Positions 1-9,540 of a stretch of 64,000 nucleotides of DNA are shown in pieces (within the stretch, counting starts at the first letter, position 1; each line of letters begins with the position of its first letter). Source of the stretch: Marsupella aquatica. Its lineage: Eukaryota; Plantae; Marchantiophyta. The DNA lies in NCBI GenBank assembly GCA_973895155.1, contig OZ316897.1:9509832-9573831 (forward strand), given 5' to 3'. A model generated the notes under the pieces. That model did not search any database, had not been told where the DNA came from, and was given only the letters and a program-made list of their open reading frames with translations. The position numbers and the translations under genes were made by a program.

Positions 1-350
1 TAGGTTCAAATTGGATCGGTTGTCTTCCACTCTGGGCTCCTGAACACTTGCCACTTATCCGTGCTTGTAATTGGAATATAATCATTTCTCGGCAACAAGA
101 CACTTATTTGGCTGTGAATGTTATCTTGCAGTATGAAAATAAAGTGGAAATCCATGAGCAGGTAAATGTGGGATTAGTCGGAGTGAGGGCTGGCAGGGAA
201 TTATAGTGGGTTCTCTTCGCTGAAAGTGAAGCAGATCTCGAGCTCAATTGGTTGCTGGCACTTGAAATCAATTCTCAATTCTGTGAATTGGGAGGACCTT
301 GGGTGGGAGACGGCGCTTGAACCAAACTGTTGCTCAATTCTGCAAAATAG

Positions 351-1289
351 GAGGTCATGAGCTTCGGTCTTTGCGCACCAAGTCTATCAAGAGTCTGCGA
401 AAAGATAGGTTTGAAGCTGGGGTGGGAGGCTGACGATTCTGGGGAAGCAATGACCTCGCAAGGCAAGCCCCGTCTTCTGGAGCAGCTCCCTGGCATTTGG
501 CGACAGGTGTTCTATGACGACTTTTCTGATCCAGCAACCCTGACAAAGAACTACTTCCACCCTTTTGGAGATTCGGGCTGGCGAGAGAACCCGGCAAACA
601 AGTGGAAGTGGGATGCCTTCTCCAACAAGGAGATTCATTGGGATTTCACTTGCTCATACCTGGTTAATGAGGGAAACGCGACGCATCTGAGAACTTGCGT
701 GTACTCTGATTGGTTCCACCGGATTGACAGGCTAGCTACCAAGGAGAAATTTGGGTATGGATACTATGAGGCCACCGTTCGATTCAAAGGTGCAGAGGGA
801 ATGCATGCGGCTTTTTGGCTGTTGCCTGATAGTATAGATGAATCTAGGATCTACCCTCCTGGATTAATCCCGGGAGGCATTGAAGTCGATATTGTTGAGC
901 ATAGGCTCTTGGATGGATCAAGGAAGAATATTGATTACATTGGCAATACTGCTACCCATTGGGATGGTTATGGGGATAGACATCAGTCTGCTGCTTACTC
1001 AGAGATATGGTTGCCCAATGGGTCACGAAATTGGTGTACTTACGCTTTACTTCATGATGAGACGGGCACCAAGTGGTACTGGAATGGGAAGCTGGTAAAT
1101 CAGAGTATTGTCAATTCTCCAACCCCAGCCCACATCTACTTCTCAACAGAGGTGAATGAGAGTGGTGGCTGGGCTGGCAATGACATGGGTAGTTATGGGC
1201 CCAGGGACAACCCCGAAGGCCATATTGAGGTGAAGGAAATAAAATATTGGAGTAAGGTTGGCGCTTCTTCTGGGACGGCAACACTGTAG
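351..1289 (+). CDS. Glycoside hydrolase family 16 (beta-glucanase/laminarinase/galactanase-like, bacterial type); 5' end may extend upstream of the window via a 30-nt exon at 132-161
   Basis: ORF 357-1289 has the GH16 jelly-roll hallmarks WRQVFYDDF, FGYGYYEATVRF, AAFWLLP, catalytic EVDIVE (ExDxxE), THWDGY, YALLHD..TKWYWNGKLV and a final EVKEIKYW strand. An AG acceptor at 349-350 is in phase with the ORF. Confidence 0.88.
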   Translation, partial: EVMSFGLCAPSLSRVCEKIGLKLGWEADDSGEAMTSQGKPRLLEQLPGIWRQVFYDDFSDPATLTKNYFHPFGDSGWRENPANKWKWDAFSNKEIHWDFTCSYLVNEGNATHLRTCVYSDWFHRIDRLATKEKFGYGYYEATVRFKGAEGMHAAFWLLPDSIDESRIYPPGLIPGGIEVDIVEHRLLDGSRKNIDYIGNTATHWDGYGDRHQSAAYSEIWLPNGSRNWCTYALLHDETGTKWYWNGKLVNQSIVNSPTPAHIYFSTEVNESGGWAGNDMGSYGPRDNPEGHIEVKEIKYWSKVGASSGTATL

Positions 1290-3420
1290 CCGAAACACAT
1301 TCTGCAGCCTATTTAGATGTTCTGCCGTTAAGAAATTGTATGAACTTCGCTGCCTTCTAGTGAACTAATTCTTTCTGCCGGAGGGATTGTCTCTCTGGAG
1401 GTGCGCATAGGTGCTGCAAGGATTTCCTGCTATGAGTCACTAAGGCCAGCATTTCTCAGGAGATTGTCTGGTTGGAGCAGTGCGTATGGGTTGAACGAGG
1501 AGTACGAACTGAGTTTTCAGTGATTGTCAATTCTGATGCTGATTTGTAAATAAGAAACCCACTTTAGAGGGAGCTCTTCACCTACTGATTTGTTAGGATG
1601 TCTGCAATAGCTATGCGCAAAATTATTTGATAAGGGCAAATGATATGCGAGAGCTTTTCACCTGACTTCAAAGTTAGCTTCTGGGCTCGTTGTAGAGAAA
1701 TAAAGACCTGCGGACTGTATGTTCTGAAAATTGTCTATCTTCATGCGAAGTATGTCTTCTGCGGGTTGTGGGGGAGAAGTTTGGGCTTCTTTCTACTATG
1801 TATCGATGGATCCATTTGAATAACATCGCAATAAGAGCCTTAACTGCAAGCGCATGTCAAACATTTTGTACATGGGAGGTATTTCATACTTCTCTTTCGC
1901 TCCTCAATATGCTCCAACGTCTTTGTTCATCGGCTTGGACTCTTCTCTTTCGATGCCATGATCTTCAGTTACCGAGAATGTAAACTTTAAATGTGCGGTT
2001 ACGCACACCCTCTCAGATATCCCGTCAGATATAGCCCCTTCCAAAGATCATCTCTTTGAAAAAATACTACACATCAAACCTACTTAATTTTTCATGCATT
2101 TGTCTCTATCCTCTCTTTCAGAAGGAACTGGCATCCTGCACTCCCTCAAAATCACATTTCACTAAGCTGGTGTACTTAAGCTCTGTGCGTTCGCCAATTT
2201 GCCCATCTTTGAGGTCAAATCCTAACTCTCAGACAAGGGACAAATTGTAGACTGCAACGCCTTCGAAAGTGCCTAGAAATAACACCTTTTCTACACAAAT
2301 GGAATCCTAACTCTCAGACAAGGAACAAATTGTAGATTGCAACGCCTGCTAGCAATCCTAGCTTTTTCCTGGACATATGGGATTGGGAGAAACGGTCTCG
2401 ATAGCCTGATGAACACACCCAGCTCTTTTGAAGTAACGACGCTGATAGAAAGCCTTCGAAGCCACCATAAACTTCATTCAAGAAACTGAGAGCAAGAAGA
2501 ACGTCGGGTTCGAAATGGAAGGTTCACATGAAAACCAGACACACCATCTGAAAAGCGTCGCGGCTAACAAGTGTAGTACCCGACATCAATTGAGCTGCCA
2601 GCCGCAGCCGGTACATGAAGACGAGGACACAGATAGCACGGATTGCAACCCAAAGAAACGACACAAAACTCCCAGTGATATACGGAGAAGCCAGAGAGTT
2701 CAAGACCTGAGAAAGTCCTGGATAAGACACCATTCCCAACTGAGATACGGGTCAGCCGAATTCGAGACTTCTAGACTAGACAACATCCTGGATGATTCAT
2801 AGTGTTGCCCTAGTCCTCGAGTACCAAATAACGGCAGACAACACAGGTTCACTGGAGTGGATTGCAACGAAATTCTTGGGTAGAAAGAACATACTGAGAA
2901 CGGTGAAACTGACTGTAATCCGCAATGGACTCTCCCTTTATTGGCATTACGAATGACACGGTTGTTGTTCGCTCTCTTTATCATTCGTACCTGCTTTCCC
3001 TTACGATCGGTCAAAACCTGCGATGACTCTGTCGGGCCGCTCATGGGACCCTCTTATGTAGCCTTCATTTTGGGCTAGCTAGCTGCTTCTCCCCATTTAC
3101 TTGTTCTCCTGGGGGATATGGAAGGGAAGGTGTACATTAATCATACGTAGCAAGACTCAGACGAAATTCGTAGCTATACAAGTGGATACGTAACGTACTT
3201 GAAAGAATTGGTCTAATAAAGTGGCTGCCTAGCTTACTACAAACAGAAACCAATCCATCAATCAATGAGTCGTCTCTTGGAACCGACTTTGAACGAATTG
3301 GTGTCACGAATAGCTAGAAAGCTAGATAGCTAGGTTACAAGGATGAATCAACCTATAGAAAGCGGTCAAAAATACATTAGCGTCAACTCGAATTGTTTCA
3401 GGAAACCATCAGCCCATCTC

Positions 3421-5754
3421 TTATTGTTGATGTTCTACTAATGATTGTTGCAAAGAGTGGCTGTTTGAGAACGTGGTGGGAGTAGCAGGATCAACGATGG
3501 CTGGCAATGGCGATATCTCCCCATTGCTGTAATTGTTGTTGGTATACGTTCCATCTCCTGCGTTGTTGCCGGAGTTCAAGTCAAGATCCCATTTAATGCC
3601 GCTGTGAGCCACTACGAGTTGCCAAACGTAAGGGGTGAAGAAATCTTCAGAATGAAGCTCCTCCTCGTACGTGAATCTCAGCTGGGTGAACGTTTTCATG
3701 CCCTCTCCACGCCATGATCTCGTATTGTCAATCACGACTTGTAACACTCTCTCCACTGACCAATGTCCGTCGATATTCTCCTTGTCGAGGGGAATGGAGA
3801 AGAAATCAATCACAGTAAAGATGTTCGCCAACAGCTCTTGAAAGTTCGGGTGATCCTGGTATGGCTGAAAGAGTTCCTGTCGATGGAGCAGGGCATACAC
3901 CACCTCTGGATTTCGAGGAAGAGCGTAGGTGAGAATAGAATTGATGATCTCCAGGACGATCCGCAAAAAATCCGTGTAGATATGGAGCTCGGTGGGCACT
4001 TCCTCGGGCACTGGTGGTGGGAGAGGGTTCTGCTGATCCGTAAGTTGGGTATTGGCATTGTCCGAGATGTGCACGCTAACGCCGTTAGTGTGCGTCTCGG
4101 ATAATCTCGTGTACTTGCGAGCCAGCATGTCGAAAAGAGTGACAAGGCATTGAGAAGCATACGAATTCAATTGGTGGCAATGAGGAGCCATGTTGGCCAA
4201 CGTGGCAAGGCAATTCGTGTGCAGGTACACGTCTCTCAGTTTTGACAGATTCTCCTTGACAATTCTGATGAGGATGACAACCATGAGGGAGCCCAGAGAC
4301 GTACGAGGGAGGAAGCGCTCCTTATACCAGGGGACACCTGGCAGCATCAGCGTATGGATGCTGGCATTGAAGGACGAGTCCTGGCTGAGGATGAGCAAGA
4401 TGATGAGCAGCATATAGATCTGGTTGGAGTTGCATCTTGAGGCGTTGTACAGCACCTCCAGGAGGGGCAGTAGGAGCGTGTCGAGATCCACCCTCACAAA
4501 AACATACTCCAAGAATGCGGCATTGCCATGCACGAGCGAGTACAGCAGCAAGGTCGATCTCTCATCCGCTATGGAGGCCCCCAGTCTCTCGAATAGCACA
4601 CCGTAGGGGACCTTCAACGAGGAGCTCAGTTGCGCGTCCAATTCGAGGTCATCTTCCGCCGCATCCCCTTTCCCCCCCAAGCTCTGCAGAATTGGATAAA
4701 AACTGGTGTCCTGTAACGTCTCCAAGGCCTCCCTAAACGGATTAAATCCCAGGGGAACCATTTTCGGAAACAGAGCCTCCACACCATTGAGGAGTTTTTG
4801 CTTGTCACCCACATTCTCTTCCCCAGTCTCCGATGGTCGCACAGCTTTGATGTTGTGCACCAAAACGAGGAGAAGGAGAAGACTGTTGTCAGCTAGTGGA
4901 CTATTCGAAACCTCCCCTTGGGCGTTCACCAAGTAGGCATAGGAGTAGTAGGGTAGGAGAAAGACCGTGGCGGCAGCCGAGGTCATCCTCCTGAGAAGTC
5001 TGGCGGTATTGCCACTGCCTTCGAGCGATGAAGGAGAAGAGGAGAGGAAGAACGAGGAACCGGAAGGGACAGGAAGTCTGGCGATGTAGGAGATAACCAG
5101 CTTCCGAACAAACGGTCCGACAAGGTCCATTTCCTGGATCATGGCCGACTCCAGGAAGGGATGTAGAATTCGAGGAGCTCCAATATATCCCGGATGGAGC
5201 TGAGTGGACATCATCACCAGAAGAAGGTTGACGACCTCTAGATGGAGGAGATAGGTCCGGGAATTCACATCAGCCGAGCCCACGAAGGTCAGGAGGGACC
5301 GTAGGACCAATTCAATCACATTCTGGTCAGTCTTCTGTAGGTCGGCGAACTCGCCGTCAATGTCGCTCAACTGCAGGTGATCCACAACGTCGGCATTGAA
5401 CACCTCGATGAAGTACTTCAAGAAAATCCGCGAAAAATGAACGGCGTTGATGGCCTTGGATGGGGTTCGGTGGGGTTGGTCACTGTTGGCCGTTCGCTCT
5501 TCCTGCAAACTCCACACGACGTGGATCAGCAGCTTGACAATGTGGCCTGTGAATCTGTTGTTCCGGGCAAGCCATGCGCATGCTGCAATCACTCTGTCCT
5601 CTGCCCATGGGTAGTTCAGTGGCACCGAAAGCAGATGGGTCCAAAATGGGGATCCCAAATTATATGCCTTCGGTCCAACGAATGCTTCGAGGTAGTACTC
5701 CGGTTGTTCCACATGCTGAGATCCCCCCTTTGGCGTCGATACCGCTCCTCCCAT
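3421..5754 (-). CDS. DYM: Dymeclin (Dyggve-Melchior-Clausen syndrome protein homologue), single-exon CDS, 777 aa
   Basis: Uninterrupted ORF with a myristoylation-type MG start (MGGAVS). Recognisable dymeclin motifs: TLLLYSLVHGN, YMLLIILLILSQDSSFN, SLGSLMVVILIR, RDVYLHTNCLATLANMAP, LEIINSILT, NPEVVYALLH, LRFTYEEE..SEDFFTPYVW. Confidence 0.95.
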   Translation of the reverse strand: MGGAVSTPKGGSQHVEQPEYYLEAFVGPKAYNLGSPFWTHLLSVPLNYPWAEDRVIAACAWLARNNRFTGHIVKLLIHVVWSLQEERTANSDQPHRTPSKAINAVHFSRIFLKYFIEVFNADVVDHLQLSDIDGEFADLQKTDQNVIELVLRSLLTFVGSADVNSRTYLLHLEVVNLLLVMMSTQLHPGYIGAPRILHPFLESAMIQEMDLVGPFVRKLVISYIARLPVPSGSSFFLSSSPSSLEGSGNTARLLRRMTSAAATVFLLPYYSYAYLVNAQGEVSNSPLADNSLLLLLVLVHNIKAVRPSETGEENVGDKQKLLNGVEALFPKMVPLGFNPFREALETLQDTSFYPILQSLGGKGDAAEDDLELDAQLSSSLKVPYGVLFERLGASIADERSTLLLYSLVHGNAAFLEYVFVRVDLDTLLLPLLEVLYNASRCNSNQIYMLLIILLILSQDSSFNASIHTLMLPGVPWYKERFLPRTSLGSLMVVILIRIVKENLSKLRDVYLHTNCLATLANMAPHCHQLNSYASQCLVTLFDMLARKYTRLSETHTNGVSVHISDNANTQLTDQQNPLPPPVPEEVPTELHIYTDFLRIVLEIINSILTYALPRNPEVVYALLHRQELFQPYQDHPNFQELLANIFTVIDFFSIPLDKENIDGHWSVERVLQVVIDNTRSWRGEGMKTFTQLRFTYEEELHSEDFFTPYVWQLVVAHSGIKWDLDLNSGNNAGDGTYTNNNYSNGEISPLPAIVDPATPTTFSNSHSLQQSLVEHQQ

Positions 5755-7174
5755 TCCTCCCCTTCCTTTTCAAATCTGCTCTCTTCTCTCCTCTCTTCTA
5801 ATCGTCTCTTTTCTCTTCTGCTGTTGTCCTCTGAATTATCCTTTTGGCCTATTCACTCACTCAAATTTCTCCTTCACCACTAACCCTCCCTGAGAGTCAC
5901 ACCCCAACCTGGCTCGACCGAATGCCAACCGTGCTCCGCATGGGATCTGGCAAACGCCAACCCTTGCTTTGCTGCTTGCATTCCAACTCACTCTCTGCTA
6001 AACTCTACTCTACTCTACTTTGCTGGCGAACGCACAAGTGAACCTCATGGGGCGAGGCGACCTATCTTTCCTTGCCCCTCCCTTTCGACTGGGAAATCTT
6101 GGATTAAGCCAAGTTAACGGATCCACAACCCTGAACTACCGCTCTGTCTTGATCTCCCTGCTCCTCCTGCCCCTCCTTCTCCTCCCTAACGCATGGATCT
6201 GCCAATGCCGCTCGATCCAGTCCCATCCAGGCCCAATTCAATCCAACTCCGACCCGACCTAGCCCGATTCAACTTCCTCCTCCTGCTGAGCGCTCTTCTC
6301 CTTTCCCAAGCCTCAAACGGAAGCCTCTTCTTCAAGGAGCTCGCGACCTCGCGCACTGGTTCGTTCGTTCATTCATCACAACTCTCCCAACAGCAGGAGC
6401 ACTACCCTAACGCCCTCCATCTCCGCCCTTCCCCCGTGCTTCTCCTTCTCCTTGTACTCCCCACACAGCGACTAACTCCCATTATGATGACAATATTGAT
6501 GATGATTACGAATATCGTCCGTCCTTTCCTACTCCCCCGTGCATTCTTCTCTCCGGCAGCCAACCGAGTCCAATTCGACCAATCCTTCTCTCGATCAATC
6601 AACCAGTCACCCCTCAATCCAGACAATCCCCGTGATTCAACGCATTCCGCAAAACCGATCCGATCGAAGAAATGCACGAGACCTGGACCTTCCCAATTGG
6701 AAACCTGACCTTCAAGCAATCGAGAAACCCTCCGTGATTGACCACATTGACACAGTCAGATTCCCTATAGAGAATGCTAGCAAAACTTGAAGTTATCAAA
6801 TCGTAAACTTCACCTGGAACCAACTCTGGCGATGGCGGAACCCTAACAATCTAATTGACTCGGTGTTTCTCTCGATGTTTCTCTCTTTCTCTCGTAGTGT
6901 TCCTCTCTTTGCCTTTCTTCGCCTCTCTTTGTGTCTCCTCTATGAGTCTCTCCGTGTGTCCCTCCAGTACCCTATATCGAGCGTGACGTTCGATACAAGC
7001 TCGGCAAAAGCCGCCATACAGGAGCGATACAGGCGGCTCCTCCTAACTGCACACTTCATAAGTGCAAAACCTGGCTAATTGCAATGAATCCCATTCGTCC
7101 TTTTTTTTTCTGGCTTACAGCACTTAGTTTGCAGTTTTCAAGTGCAAAGGGGGCTCCAAAGATAGGTATTTGTT

Positions 7175-9540
7175 CAGGAAAATACTTGATGGGGCCCCTC
7201 TAATGAAAGATATTCCTGAGGAGCCCCCAACTTTTCAAATATACTTAATGGGGCCCCTTGTCCCTGAAACCCTTTCTCTGGACCTGTCATATTTAGTTTT
7301 TCCATTTTTAATTGTAATGTACTATACTTTATAAGTCAGTCCACAAGATGTACTGTCTAGAAGCAATTCAATGTACTTTTGTTTGAAAATACTTATAGAA
7401 TTTATGTACCAAGTATTTAGCACTTCTTACTCACATATTCGCTGCCCATATTCACTTGTTTCATGTTTTGAAATATTTCTACAACGGAAGTAGTCCTTAA
7501 GGCATGTAAGTTTTGCTCTTTTTGGTTCTTTCTCTCAATTGTTTGGAATTATTCATAACTCAAAGCATTTCTCCAAAGCATAGTTTCACCTGAACTTTAG
7601 GAAGGTGAACCAATGGATTTGGGTGCTATCTGGGTGGTGACATCTTTTATAAGTTGTTTTTTGGAAATGACTCATGTGGTACTTAGACAATTCTTTGATA
7701 CTATTTTTCCAAAACATGTTTGGAAATATCCACCTTAGACGGGAGCATTTCCTTGGTGTCATTTTTGTGATTTTTTAAAGATGTGAACACCTAGGTAGAG
7801 TATATCAGGCAATATTATGCAATGTCACTTAAACAACAATTTTATTCTTTAGCTTAGTACACAAGGCATTGATTGAATTAACAAGGCATCAATTGAATTC
7901 ATATAAATGATCTTATAGATGCACATAGTAACAAGTCTTAAAGCTTTTATATGATCTTATAATTTTGGCTCAATGTTGATGCAACAACTACAAAATTACC
8001 TATCAAAATCATATCGCAATCAAAATCATATTGCAATTCACGTCTCTATGCTTACTCAAAGTGACACTAAACAAATTCACTTAAATCTATGTCTCTCCAA
8101 TGATCTGCTTCGTCAGTCAATTCTTCTGACTCGGTTCCCTTGCCCTCAACTACTGGCCCGTCTTCAGCAGTTGCCTCCACAACATTCAAGATACCTACCC
8201 CACATGTTCTCTTGTTGTGACCTTGCTTTCCACACTTGCTGCATCTGCTTTTCCCATGCATTGGATTATCCTTCCTCTTCTTCATGGGAAGCTTCTGTCC
8301 CCGGTTATATCCAGGTGCTGATGGCATGGGGTCTTTACAACAAGGATTGTCTGCAATAGGATATCCACATCAAATTCGCCTACTGTCCATGCCCACTCAG
8401 GCCGAGCATCCATACTGTTGTCCATTGCTTCAAGAAAAGTTTTTGTGCAGTGAAATCACATTGCAACAATCAGTCCCTGCAGGTCACCTCAAAATTTGCA
8501 GTAAACCCTACGCAAAAATGTGACTTCACAAGTTGTTGCAAATCCTTCAATCAAACCTGAAAAATGAAACACAGACAAAGTCGTAATTGACATACTCTTA
8601 CAAAAATTGAACTTTGCAGACTTTGGTGTCACTTTGAGTAAGCATAGAGATGTGAATTGCGATATGATTTTGATAGGTAATTTTGTAGTTGTTGCACCAA
8701 CATTGAGCTCAAAATCATAAGGTCATCTAAAAGCTTTAACACTTGTTACTATGGGCATTCTATATGCTCATTTTTATGAATTCAATTGATGCCTTCTGAA
8801 TTCAATCAATGCCTTGTGTACTAAACTAAAGAATAAAATTGTTGTTTAAGTGACATTGCATAAATTGCTTGATATACTCTACCTAGGTGCTCACATCTTT
8901 AAAAAATCACAAAAATGACACCAAGGAAATGCTCCAGTCTAAGGTGAATATTTCCAAACATGTTTTGGAAAAATAGTATCAAAGAATTGTCTAAGTACCA
9001 CATGAGTCATTTGCAAAAAATAAGTTATACTAAATGTCACCACCCGGATAGCACCCAAATCCATTGGTTCACCTTCCTAAAGTTCAGGTGAAACTATGCT
9101 TTGGAGAAATGCTTTCAGTTATAAATAATTCCAAGCTTTGGAGAAATGCTTTGAGTTATGAATAATTCCAAACAATTGAGAGAAAGAACCAAAAAGAGCA
9201 AAACATACGTGCCTTAAGGACTTCTTCCCTTGTAGAAATATTTCAAAACATGAAACAAGTGAATATGGGCAGAGAATATGTGAGTAAGAAGTGCTAAATA
9301 CTTAGTACATAAATTCTATAAGTATTTCCAAAAAAAAATACATTGAATTGCTTCTAGACAGTACATCTTGTGGACTGACGTATAAAGTATAGTACATTAC
9401 AATTAAAAAATGGAAAAACTAAGTATGACAGGTCCAGAGAAAGGGTTGCAGGGACAAGGGGCCCCATTAAGTATATTTGAAAAATTGGGGGCTAGTCAGG
9501 AATATCTTTCATTAGAGGGGCCCCATCAAGTATTTTCCTG
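7175..9540. mobile_element. Non-autonomous Mutator-like (MULE)/foldback element with ~900-bp terminal inverted repeats and a 10-bp TSD
   Basis: Starts CAGGAAAATACTTGATGGGGCCCCTCTAATG (7175) and ends with its reverse complement at 9540. Identical GGTATTTGTT flanks at 7165-7174 and 9541-9550. Arms ~7175-8070 and ~8622-9540 are near-perfect reverse complements. Confidence 0.93.
8067..8556 (-). pseudogene. Remnant last exon of a MULE transposase (C-terminal zinc knuckle)
   Basis: The spacer between the TIR arms encodes RCSKCGKQGHNKRTC, the Cys/His knuckle typical of MuDRA-type transposase C-termini. It follows a TTTTTCAG acceptor, and the upstream part has stops and a frameshift. Confidence 0.7.

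Noticed and set aside
2515-3044. Short ORFs between GH16 and dymeclin, one of them hydrophobic
   Set aside because: No recognisable family or consistent exon chain; likely 3' UTR or intergenic.
5844-6823. Several overlapping ORFs upstream of dymeclin
   Set aside because: Low-complexity CT/GA-rich leader sequence with mostly non-ATG starts.
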